A program made the translations under genes and the position numbers. 36,686 nucleotides of DNA from positions 2,523 to 39,208 of the forward strand of contig FR892195.1 of assembly GCA_000433115.1 (NCBI GenBank), written 5' to 3'. The stretch is from Ruminococcus sp. CAG:382. Its GTDB lineage: Bacteria; Bacillota; Clostridia; Oscillospirales; CAG-382. The notes under the pieces were generated by a model that searched no databases, was not told the DNA's origin, and saw only the letters and a list, made by a program, of their open reading frames with translations. Below, one piece after another: positions 1 through 7,658 of this stretch (positions are counted from its first letter, which is position 1; the number at the start of each line of letters is the position of its first letter).

Positions 1-1275
1 GCCCGTTCCACCCGCCGTTGCGATGTTTTCCGAAATGTCCGCCTTGAATTCCTTCGGCTCGATGCGCTCCAGTGTGCCGCCGCCTTTTGTACATTCGTCA
101 AGAGAGACCCAGCCGCACTTTCCTCCGTTACGGACCTTGCCCCAGACAGAGCCGTCGTTCATCGTTCGCGTTTCGCTTGTAGTTATCGTTGTGCCTGCCG
201 GTATGTAATAAAGCGTATCGCCGTTCTGAGGCGATGAGCGCAGCCGCAGCGTGCTTCCCGACGGGGTGCGGTATTTAAGCAAACCGTAGTCAATGCTTTC
301 AACGGCATACGCAAACGCGGCGGCGCTTCCGCCTTCCGACGAGCATAGAACGGTTATGCTGTCGGCGGCGGTGTCGAGGGTGACGGTGCTGTACTGGTTG
401 AATCTGCGGCAGCTGTCGCAATGCTCGCCGTCGATCGGAGAGGCACAGGAATGCCTGTATGTTGTACCGTCACGGTAGTCTGTGTTGCGGTAAACGCCGT
501 AGCCCTTTTCAAAATACGCCGAATTCAGCTCCGACATTGAAAAAAGCTCTCCCTCGCCGTAGCGCGTGACCTTGGCAAGAGGTGGGGTTTCCTCTGTAAT
601 CTCAACCCAGATTACCTTGCCGTTTGCATCCTCTTTGACACCCGTGACAAGCACGGCATGCGTTGCGTCGCCGACTGCAATAAGTGCATCACCGACTTCG
701 ATGGCACTTGCCGTGCTGCCGCAGTAGTCGCCCCACTGTGTGAGCAGGGAAGCGATCATGCGCTTCGGCCGCTCCCAGGCATAGCATACGAGTGTGCTGC
801 AATCGAGCGAGTAATACGGTGCGATCTCCTCATATCGTCCGGAATCCGTGTAAAAGCTGCTTGCGCTTTTTTGCAACTCCGACATGAAATCCTCAAGCGA
901 TATGTCGTAGCATATGAACTTTCCGTTATAAACCGGCTGACCGTAGGGAAGTCCGATGACCTCTGTGCCGCCTTTGAAGGTAGTGTCACCGTTGAATCCC
1001 ACGACCGTCGAGATCGGAGTCCAGTGCAGCTCGCTTATCTGCCGTGCCCGCCGCACAATATTCTTTATCCCTTCGGAATAATATCTTGCCGGAATGTTGT
1101 ACTCGTATTCTTCGACCGTGGCTGAAAAATCCTTGTCCGAAAAAACGGGCGCGACCGATTGGGCTGTGTCCGCGGCTGATGATTCTGATGAGCTTATCGG
1201 TTCCTGTGATATCATAGCGCATCCCGAAAGAAGGAGCGCGGCGAGAGCGGTTATAATTGCAAATTGTTTTTTCAT
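1..1275 (-). CDS. Lipoprotein with NlpC/P60-like cysteine peptidase region and C-terminal SH3b-like domain (C-terminus runs off the window)
   Basis: Absent from the ORF track because there is no stop inside the window. Translating the minus strand from ATG 1275..1273 gives MKKQFAIITALAALLLSGC (lipobox LSGC), and the frame stays open to position 1 (425 codons). It contains YSLDCSTLVCYAWE (NlpC/P60-style catalytic Cys context) and a later HAVLV. The segment LRLRSSPQNGDTLYYIPAGTTI...GKVRNGGKCGWVSLDE resembles bacterial SH3. Confidence 0.75.
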   Translation of the reverse strand, partial: MKKQFAIITALAALLLSGCAMISQEPISSSESSAADTAQSVAPVFSDKDFSATVEEYEYNIPARYYSEGIKNIVRRARQISELHWTPISTVVGFNGDTTFKGGTEVIGLPYGQPVYNGKFICYDISLEDFMSELQKSASSFYTDSGRYEEIAPYYSLDCSTLVCYAWERPKRMIASLLTQWGDYCGSTASAIEVGDALIAVGDATHAVLVTGVKEDANGKVIWVEITEETPPLAKVTRYGEGELFSMSELNSAYFEKGYGVYRNTDYRDGTTYRHSCASPIDGEHCDSCRRFNQYSTVTLDTAADSITVLCSSEGGSAAAFAYAVESIDYGLLKYRTPSGSTLRLRSSPQNGDTLYYIPAGTTITTSETRTMNDGSVWGKVRNGGKCGWVSLDECTKGGGTLERIEPKEFKADISENIATAGGTG

Positions 1276-1315
1276 GCGTATCCTCTGAAATGTGTCTGTC
1301 GTTTTTACGTGCAGA

Positions 1316-1344
1316 AGTATACCATACCGATATCATGGAGTCAT
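1316..1344 (-). promoter_or_regulatory. Sigma-A-type promoter for the lipoprotein gene (-35 ATGACT, 17-nt spacer, extended -10 TGgTATACT)
   Basis: The minus-strand reading is ATGACT(1344..1339)-17 nt-TATACT(1321..1316), with TG at 1324..1323. It lies about 40 nt upstream of ATG 1275. Confidence 0.5.
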
Positions 1345-1359
1345 CATGAAAACATCATG
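1331..1359 (-). promoter_or_regulatory. Three phased direct repeats CATGATG / CATGATG / CATGATA (11-bp period); candidate response-regulator binding site
   Basis: The plus strand shows TATCATG at 1331, CATCATG at 1342 and CATCATG at 1353. Start-to-start spacing is exactly 11 bp. The repeats overlap and extend upstream of the -35 of the lipoprotein promoter. Confidence 0.4.
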
Positions 1360-1379
1360 GAAATGTAAAATCTGAGCTG

Positions 1380-2147
1380 TCAGCTCTCCTTTATCGCGAA
1401 AGAAATTATAGCGTCCACAGCCGCATCGTATTCAACCGAAAAGCTTGTCTCGTCGCTTTTGCAGTCGAGACGGACAAGTCCTCCGTATATATATGACTGA
1501 ACGCTCACAGAGGAATCGACATATGCGAGATTATAAAGCACATACAACGCTTTTTTCGAAAAAGGAGCAAATCCTGCGTGCGCAAAATCACTGCTGCGCG
1601 AAACATATTCAAACAGCGCGGCAAACGGGTTTTGATTTTCTTTCTCATATATTTCACTGCTTTCATAGCGCTTGCTTTTCAATATTTCAAGAAGTCGCAG
1701 CTGTTCGCTCTGCAGCACCGTTTCCGAGGAATCACAGGGCGAATGCAGCCGAAGATACGACAGCGTATATTCACCGTTTCTGAGGTGATACGCAATATCG
1801 ATGACTTCGCCGCCCGAAAGCACCACATCCTTTGCAAAATACATATGAAGCTCTTCGCTGAAATAACAGCTGCCGAAATCCTCGACAAATTCGTCCCAGC
1901 CTGTCATAATGCAAATCAGCATATTTATGGTGTGCTCCTGTGTCGCGATTTCTACCGCTTCACCGCATTCGACGGCGTACCACGGATACGGTTCCGGTGC
2001 TGTTTTCGTGCCGACGGTGCTTATATCCGCATCAAAAGAGCCGTCGCAGTCAAACAGATTGTCCGCAAACAGATAAGCGCAAAAAATCATCGCCCCCGCA
2101 AAAGCGGCGCAAAGCACGAACGGCAGCAAAAATCTGAAAATCTTCAT
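1380..2147 (-). CDS. Hypothetical membrane-anchored protein (N-terminal TM/signal anchor), no recognisable domain
   Basis: A 255-aa ORF with a hydrophobic N-terminus, MKIFRFLLPFVLCAAFAGAMIFCAYLF. Its start overlaps the kinase stop (ATGA, 2144..2147), which implies co-translation with the two-component operon. Confidence 0.7.
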   Translation of the reverse strand: MKIFRFLLPFVLCAAFAGAMIFCAYLFADNLFDCDGSFDADISTVGTKTAPEPYPWYAVECGEAVEIATQEHTINMLICIMTGWDEFVEDFGSCYFSEELHMYFAKDVVLSGGEVIDIAYHLRNGEYTLSYLRLHSPCDSSETVLQSEQLRLLEILKSKRYESSEIYEKENQNPFAALFEYVSRSSDFAHAGFAPFSKKALYVLYNLAYVDSSVSVQSYIYGGLVRLDCKSDETSFSVEYDAAVDAIISFAIKES

Positions 2148-3469
2148 ATGCGACCGCTCCTTTCGGCAAGCGGAAGAGCCACAATAACGATCGTACCTTT
2201 GCCAAGCTCGCTTTTAATGTCGATCGTCGCGTTGTGTTTTTTTGCAATCACGGCACAGAGCGAAAGACCGAGTCCGGCGCCGCCTGCCTTGCGTGACCGC
2301 GCTTTGTCCACCATGTAAAACGGTTCCGTTGCGTGTTTGATGTCCTCCGGTTTCATACCGATCCCCTGATCCGCGACAATGATTTTCATGACACCGCCGT
2401 CGGGGGCATAACGGATTCCCACCGTTTTGGCAGGTTCCGATGCTTTTACGGCGTTGTCGACGAGATTTGCGATGAGTGACTTGAAAAGCTCTCTGTCTGC
2501 GCTTATGATTCCGTCAATACCTTCGCACGAAAAACCGATTCCCGACCTCTCACATACGGGGCGCATTGCGGCGCCAAGCTCATCGATAAGCTCTGCGGTG
2601 CTGACGGGCTCAAACGAAAGGGAAGCGTTGTCGGTACTCGCCATGGCAAGGAGTTTTGATGAAAGTTCCTTCATCCGCTTTGCCTCTTCGACAATGACGC
2701 CCGCATAATCGCGTCTGTCCCTCTCACTGACGTCCTTCTTGAGCCTGAGCAGATCGCCCATACACAGTATTGACGTGAGCGGCGTTTTCATTTCGTGAGC
2801 CATACTGTCAACGAATCCTTTGCGGTTCTCCGCAATATCCGAGAGCTTGCCGACATCCCGCTCCACCGCTTCCGCCATGTCGTTGACCGCGTTGAAAGTA
2901 GTTGAAAAATCGCCTTTTCCGCCCTCAAGTCGTGTATCGTATTTTCCTGCGGCGATCTGGCGTATGGCTTTGTTTACTCTGCGAAGCGGCAGTGTATAGC
3001 TTCCGACCGAAAAAACAGCACCGAGCGCAATGACAAGCGCCGATATAGCCGAAACAGAAACAGCGAAAATTGTCCTGATCTTTCCGTCCGGCTTGCTTAT
3101 ACGATGTATCGTTTTCACGGCATATGTTCTGTTTTGAAAAACAATCGGTGATTCCACCATGATCTCGCTGCCGGAAACGGTTGCCGTCGTGACTTGTTCC
3201 TCGTCTTCGATTGCCTTCACTCCGTCAAGACCGTGAATTGCCGCGTCGGTGTTGTCGTCCGACAGCCATCCGGCAAGCTGTTCATCCTGTTTTCCGCAAA
3301 GCTCAGCAACAACCTCATTGACATGATGTATATGTTCGCTTATTGCACTTTCCTTTTCCGTTTCAATATATGAATCAAAGTCACGCTTCACAAAATAAAC
3401 GGAAAGTGCCGAGCCGATTACGAATACGCCGAGAAATACCACCGAAAAAACTCTCTGACTGAGTCTCAC
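2144..3469 (-). CDS. Sensor histidine kinase (2 TM, HAMP, HisKA, HATPase_c)
   Basis: H-box SMAHEMKTPLTSI, N-box LVDNAVKA, G1 DQGIGM, G2 GGAGLGLSL. There are two hydrophobic segments (aa about 8-27 and about 133-157), followed by a HAMP-like LPLRRVNKAIRQIAAGKYD. Confidence 0.93.
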   Translation of the reverse strand: MRLSQRVFSVVFLGVFVIGSALSVYFVKRDFDSYIETEKESAISEHIHHVNEVVAELCGKQDEQLAGWLSDDNTDAAIHGLDGVKAIEDEEQVTTATVSGSEIMVESPIVFQNRTYAVKTIHRISKPDGKIRTIFAVSVSAISALVIALGAVFSVGSYTLPLRRVNKAIRQIAAGKYDTRLEGGKGDFSTTFNAVNDMAEAVERDVGKLSDIAENRKGFVDSMAHEMKTPLTSILCMGDLLRLKKDVSERDRRDYAGVIVEEAKRMKELSSKLLAMASTDNASLSFEPVSTAELIDELGAAMRPVCERSGIGFSCEGIDGIISADRELFKSLIANLVDNAVKASEPAKTVGIRYAPDGGVMKIIVADQGIGMKPEDIKHATEPFYMVDKARSRKAGGAGLGLSLCAVIAKKHNATIDIKSELGKGTIVIVALPLAERSGRI

Positions 3470-3474
3470 TTCAT

Positions 3475-4131
3475 CTACCTGCTTTCAAGGCGGTATCCCA
3501 CCTTAGGAATTGTAACGAGTGCACCGTGAAGCCCCAGCTTTTTCCGGAGCAGATTGATATGAACATCGACAGTGCGGTTTTCGCCCATATAAGAATATCC
3601 CCATACAGCCGACAGCAACTGCTCACGGCTTATCGCCATATTCACGTTTTGCATGAAGAAAACAAGCAGGCTGAATTCACGCGGAGTGAGCGTGACAGGC
3701 TTGCCGTCAAGTGTGACCTGCCTTCCGTCGAGATCGGCGACTATATTCCTGAATTTCAGAACATTTTCGTTTTTGTGCGCACGGCGCAGTACCGCTTCAA
3801 CACGTGCCAGCAGTTCAATTGCTTCAAACGGCTTTGCGATATAATCATCTGCGCCCGAGCGCAGACCGCGTACCTTGTCGTTTACGTCGCTTTTTGCCGT
3901 GAGGAATATGACCGGGACCTCGCGTCCGCGTATTTCTTCAATTATTTCAAAGCCGTCCTTGCCCGGAAGCATGACGTCAAGCAGTATGAGGTCATAATTG
4001 CCTTTTATTATCACATCGACTGCGGCATTGCCGTCGTAGCATATATCGCAGTAGTAATTTACGGTTGAAAGTATGGCTTTTATGGATTTCGCAATGTTTT
4101 CGTCGTCCTCGACTGTAAGAATGCGTATCAT
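3475..4131 (-). CDS. OmpR/PhoB-family response regulator (receiver plus winged-helix)
   Basis: MIRILTVEDDENI...DLILLDVMLPGKDGFE...LTAKSD (receiver Asp and Lys motifs). The C-terminal LTPREFSLLVFFMQN...TVDVHINLLRKKL...TIPKVGYRL is a trans_reg_C-type winged helix. Confidence 0.95.
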   Translation of the reverse strand: MIRILTVEDDENIAKSIKAILSTVNYYCDICYDGNAAVDVIIKGNYDLILLDVMLPGKDGFEIIEEIRGREVPVIFLTAKSDVNDKVRGLRSGADDYIAKPFEAIELLARVEAVLRRAHKNENVLKFRNIVADLDGRQVTLDGKPVTLTPREFSLLVFFMQNVNMAISREQLLSAVWGYSYMGENRTVDVHINLLRKKLGLHGALVTIPKVGYRLESR

Positions 4132-4187
4132 GGCTGAATCTCCTGATTGATATAAGGCATCACCGCTTAATTCGGACGGTTAAAAAC

Positions 4188-4216
4188 AGTATACCCCAAA
4201 TGTGTGTATTTTTCAA
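4188..4216 (-). promoter_or_regulatory. Sigma-A-type promoter of the response regulator/kinase operon (-35 TTGAAA, 17 nt, -10 TATACT)
   Basis: The minus-strand reading is TTGAAA(4216..4211)-17 nt-TATACT(4193..4188). It sits back-to-back with the dinB promoter. Confidence 0.55.
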
Positions 4217-4219
4217 CAT

Positions 4220-4233
4220 CGAACATTTGTTCT
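4220..4233 (+). promoter_or_regulatory. LexA (Cheo/SOS) box CGAACATTTGTTCT abutting the dinB -35
   Basis: GAAC-N4-GTTC palindrome. It matches the Gram-positive consensus CGAACRNRYGTTYC at 12 of 14 positions, and its last base is the first T of TTGACA. Confidence 0.75.
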
Positions 4234-4261
4234 TGACAACGCAATATAACAGTGATATAAT
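4233..4261 (+). promoter_or_regulatory. Consensus sigma-A promoter of dinB (TTGACA-17 nt-TGaTATAAT)
   Basis: TTGACA at 4233..4238 and TATAAT at 4256..4261, with TG at 4253..4254. Confidence 0.8.
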
Positions 4262-4294
4262 GTACACAAACAAATGTTCGCTGAGGTATCGGAA

Positions 4295-5515
4295 ATGGAA
4301 AGAACCGTTCTGCACTGCGATTGCAATTCGTTTTTCGCGTCTGTCGAAACCGTTGCGCATCCCGAATATTCGAAAGTACCTATGGCTGTATGCGGAAGTG
4401 TCGAAAACCGCCACGGCATAGTGCTTGCAAAAAACGAATTTGCGAAGAAAGCGGGTGTATCGACCGGAGAGGTCATCTGGAAAGCAAAGCAGAAGTGTCC
4501 GTCGCTCCTTGTAGTTCATCCGACTTACGGACTGTACAGTCAGTATTCAGAAGCCGTGAATTCGATATATTATGAATATACCGACCGCATTGAGCCGTTC
4601 GGCATCGATGAAAGCTGGCTTGATGTTACGGGTAGCTATAAGCTGTTCGGAGACGGCAGAAGGATAGCGGATATTCTCCGTGAACGTATAAAGCGTGAGC
4701 TGGGCATTACAATTTCCGTCGGAGTGTCATTCACAAAAACCTTCGCAAAACTCGGTAGTGACTATAAAAAACCGGACGCCACGACTCTCATAAGCCGGGA
4801 AAATTATAAACAGCTTCTTTTCCCGCTTCCGGTGGACACACTGCTTTTCGTCGGAAGACACACAAAGGAAAAGCTGCATATGCTGGGGATAAACACTATC
4901 GGTGAACTTGCAGCCGCGGACCCGTCGTTTCTGACCGAAAGCTTCGGAAGAACCGGAGAAAGCCTTTATAATGCGGCAACCGGAGCGTATGACGGTGAAG
5001 TCGCGGTATATGGGAGCAGTCATGAGGAAAAGTCGATAGGCAACGGCTGCACCTTCCGGCGCGATATAATGAATTATGAAGATGCGCGCTGTGCCCTGAC
5101 GGTTATATGTGATGAGGTGGGATACCGTATGCGGAAGGCAGGTGTGAAGGGAAGAGTTGTGACTGTCGGTATGCGCGATACCGGGCTTTCGGTGATAACG
5201 CGCCGCTGCACTCTTGAAAACCCGACCTGCTCATCTCACACCCTTGCCGATGTCGCATTTTCTCTCATGAAGGAATACTGGGGAGAAAGGAAACCGCTGC
5301 GTTCACTTACGGTGACGGCATCGGATTTTATACGCCAAAGCGACGGCGAACAGCTGAGACTGTTTTATTCCGAAAGCGAAATGCTTGATATGCGTCGCGA
5401 AAGGCTTGAACGCGCGGTTGACGGAATACGCGCGAAATACGGAAACGGCGTGCTTATTCACGGTGTGGAAGCATGCGGAAATGCGAACGAAAACGCTAAT
5501 TTACTGTTGCAATAA
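4295..5515 (+). CDS. dinB: DNA polymerase IV (Y-family translesion polymerase)
   Basis: ILHCDCNSFFASVE, GIDESWLDVTG and SVGVSFTKTFAKLGSDYKKPD are typical DinB/IMS motifs. The ORF track starts at 4274, but the promoter puts the TSS near 4268. GAGG at 4283..4286 sits 8 nt before ATG 4295, so I prefer 4295. Confidence 0.93.
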   Translation: MERTVLHCDCNSFFASVETVAHPEYSKVPMAVCGSVENRHGIVLAKNEFAKKAGVSTGEVIWKAKQKCPSLLVVHPTYGLYSQYSEAVNSIYYEYTDRIEPFGIDESWLDVTGSYKLFGDGRRIADILRERIKRELGITISVGVSFTKTFAKLGSDYKKPDATTLISRENYKQLLFPLPVDTLLFVGRHTKEKLHMLGINTIGELAAADPSFLTESFGRTGESLYNAATGAYDGEVAVYGSSHEEKSIGNGCTFRRDIMNYEDARCALTVICDEVGYRMRKAGVKGRVVTVGMRDTGLSVITRRCTLENPTCSSHTLADVAFSLMKEYWGERKPLRSLTVTASDFIRQSDGEQLRLFYSESEMLDMRRERLERAVDGIRAKYGNGVLIHGVEACGNANENANLLLQ

Positions 5516-5535
5516 CGGCAATAATGTGATATACT
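5507..5535 (+). promoter_or_regulatory. Sigma-A-type promoter for the yccF-gltX-glnS operon (TTGCAA-17 nt-TGaTATACT)
   Basis: TTGCAA at 5507..5512 and TATACT at 5530..5535, with TG at 5527..5528. It overlaps the dinB stop. Confidence 0.5.
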
Positions 5536-5592
5536 TATAAAATAAGAATGACCGGACCGGCATGCGTTCGGGTCCTGCCATGAAGGAGGGAT

Positions 5593-5958
5593 GTGTTCTT
5601 GAAACTTATAGTCAATATACTGTGGTTCATCTTCGGCGGCTTTGAACTTGCGCTCGGATGGGCGGTGACAGGTCTGATTCTGTGTTGCACAATCGTCGGA
5701 ATACCGCTCGGAACTCAGTGCTTCAAGATGGCGCGTCTTGTGATGCTGCCGCTCGGCACAAATGTGACGTATAATATGGGCGTCGTCAAAGGGTGCTTCA
5801 ATGTCCTCTGGGCTTGCACCTTCGGTCTTGTGTTTGCTCTCTGCAGCGCGCTTGTCGGACTTCTGTGGTGCTGTACCGTGGTCGGGATTCCCGTCGGTGT
5901 TCAATGGTTCAAGGTGGCAAAGCTGTCCTTCATGCCGTTCGGAACACTCGTTTACTGA
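5593..5958 (+). CDS. yccF: YccF-family inner membrane protein (two YccF/DUF307 repeats)
   Basis: The internal duplication GWAVTGLILCCTIVGIPLGTQCFKMARLVMLPLG / ALVGLLWCCTVVGIPVGVQWFKVAKLSFMPFG is characteristic of YccF. GTG 5593 lies only 2 nt after GGAGGG, so TTG 5599 is an alternative start. Confidence 0.8.
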   Translation: MFLKLIVNILWFIFGGFELALGWAVTGLILCCTIVGIPLGTQCFKMARLVMLPLGTNVTYNMGVVKGCFNVLWACTFGLVFALCSALVGLLWCCTVVGIPVGVQWFKVAKLSFMPFGTLVY

Positions 5959-5984
5959 AATATAATGTGAGGTTTGAATAAGAT

Positions 5985-7658
5985 ATGGATTACAACAAAT
6001 TGGCGGAGCTGCTGTTCCCCGATGTTCACGAAACTCCCGAGGATATGGAAAAAAAATATCCGCCGCGCAACCTTCCCGAGGGTGCAAAGGTGACACGTTT
6101 TGCTCCCAGCCCGACAGGCTTTGTGCATTTCGGCGGGCTCTTTCCGGCAACTGTCGGCGAAAGACTTGCACATCAGTCAGGCGGCGTTTTCTACCTGAGA
6201 ATCGAAGATACCGACGCAAAGCGTGAGGTTGAAGGCGCAGCTGATGCCCTCATAAAAACACTGGCACATTACGGCGTTCATTTCGATGAAGGTGCAATAA
6301 CCGGCGGAGATAAGGGCGATTACGGTCCATACCGCCAAAGCAGCCGTGCCGATATATATCACATTTACGCAAAAAAGCTCGTTCTTGACGGCAGGGCATA
6401 TCCTGTATTCTCAACCGACGAACAGCTTGACGCAATCAAGGCGGCTGATAAAAAAACCGAACTGAAAAATACCGACTGGGAAAAAGAAGCCGAAGCAAGA
6501 CATGAAGCAATGCTTAAGCGCCGCGAATTTACAATTGAGCAGGTCGAAAAAGAACTTGCCGCGGGTCATGCCTTTGCGCTTTTCGCAATAGCGGACGGCG
6601 ATCCCTCAAAACGTATAAAGGTCACCGATCTTATACGCGGCGACCTTGAAATTCCCGAATGCGATGAGGATGTCGTGCTTCTCAAATCCGACGGTATACC
6701 GACATATCATTTTGCCCATGCCGTTGACGACCATCTCATGCGTACGACTCATGTCATTCGCGGTGAAGAGTGGCTCCCCAGCCTTGCAACGCACTTGATG
6801 CTTTTCAGATATCTCGGCTTCAAAGCTCCCAAATATATGCACATAGCTCAGCTTATGAAGCTCTGCGAGGACGGAAGCAAGAAGAAACTGTCCAAGCGTG
6901 ACATGGGAGCCAATATGGACGACTACAAGCGTCTCGGCTATGCTCCCGAGTGCGTGATAGAATACGTAATGACTCTCCTCAATTCCAATTATGAAGAATG
7001 GCACGCACAAAACCCCGATAAAGCATATACGGATTTCCCGTTCAACATAAAGAAAATGAGCAATTCCGGCTGCCTGTTCGATATGGAAAAGCTCGGCGAT
7101 GTTTCGCGTAACGTGATTTCGAAATTCACCGCCGATGAGGTTTACAACGGGCTTCTTGAATGGGCTGATGAGTTTGACGCCGACTTTGCATCACGCCTGA
7201 AAGCCGCTCCGGACCGTGCAAAAGCGGTGATATCGATCGGCAGAGGCGGCAAAAAACCGCGTAAGGATTACGGCACATGGCTGGAGCTGCGTGATTATAT
7301 GGCGCTGTTCTACGATGAAACTTTCCGTATCATCGATGCTTTGCCCGACAATTTCAACAAGAATGATATTATAAAGACGCTTGACGCATTTGCCGCGTCC
7401 TATGACCATACAGATGATCAGAATGTATGGTTCGGTAAGATAAAGGATATCGCCTCCTCTCTCGGTTACGCCGCCGATATGAAGGAGTACAAACAGACCC
7501 CCGAAAAATTTGCGGGAAGCGTCGCCGATATCTCATCATTTATCCGCGTTGCCGTAACTGGCAGACTGAATTCACCCGATCTGTACACAGTTATGAACAT
7601 ACTCGGCAAGGACTGTGTTATAAGAAGAATCAACGAATTTAAGGAGACAATAGCGTAA
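5985..7658 (+). CDS. gltX: Glutamate--tRNA ligase (long form, 557 aa)
   Basis: Class I aaRS signature RFAPSPTGFVHFGG, LRIEDTD, and a KMSKS-like KLSKRD. The overall pattern is GluRS-type rather than GlnRS-type. Confidence 0.85.
   Translation: MDYNKLAELLFPDVHETPEDMEKKYPPRNLPEGAKVTRFAPSPTGFVHFGGLFPATVGERLAHQSGGVFYLRIEDTDAKREVEGAADALIKTLAHYGVHFDEGAITGGDKGDYGPYRQSSRADIYHIYAKKLVLDGRAYPVFSTDEQLDAIKAADKKTELKNTDWEKEAEARHEAMLKRREFTIEQVEKELAAGHAFALFAIADGDPSKRIKVTDLIRGDLEIPECDEDVVLLKSDGIPTYHFAHAVDDHLMRTTHVIRGEEWLPSLATHLMLFRYLGFKAPKYMHIAQLMKLCEDGSKKKLSKRDMGANMDDYKRLGYAPECVIEYVMTLLNSNYEEWHAQNPDKAYTDFPFNIKKMSNSGCLFDMEKLGDVSRNVISKFTADEVYNGLLEWADEFDADFASRLKAAPDRAKAVISIGRGGKKPRKDYGTWLELRDYMALFYDETFRIIDALPDNFNKNDIIKTLDAFAASYDHTDDQNVWFGKIKDIASSLGYAADMKEYKQTPEKFAGSVADISSFIRVAVTGRLNSPDLYTVMNILGKDCVIRRINEFKETIA

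Noticed and set aside
1578-2318. A 246-aa plus-strand ORF. Similar cases are 3526..4068 (+), 10634..11335 (-), 14873..15415 (+), 19203..19988 (-), 23199..23765 (+), 5458..6219 (-) and 658..1125 (+).
   Set aside because: All are antisense to, or overlap, well-supported genes. They are rich in Arg/Ser/Cys runs typical of off-frame translation and lack RBS or promoter context.
4211-4228. An AACAT-cg-AACAT direct repeat as a second response-regulator site related to the 1331..1359 repeats.
   Set aside because: It is fully explained as part of the LexA box palindrome, and its sequence does not match CATGATG.
4253-4261. The recurrent motif GTGATATAAT/GTGATATACT (also at 5526, 10231, 24019, 25671 and, on the minus strand, near 15730) as a dispersed repeat or regulator site.
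   Set aside because: It is simply the extended -10 (TGnTATAAT) of Firmicute sigma-A promoters, and each copy sits at the proper distance from a -35-like hexamer.
5959-5984. T-box leaders upstream of gltX or glnS.
   Set aside because: The intergenic gaps are 26 nt and 0 nt, far too short for a T-box. The leader before yccF is about 55 nt.
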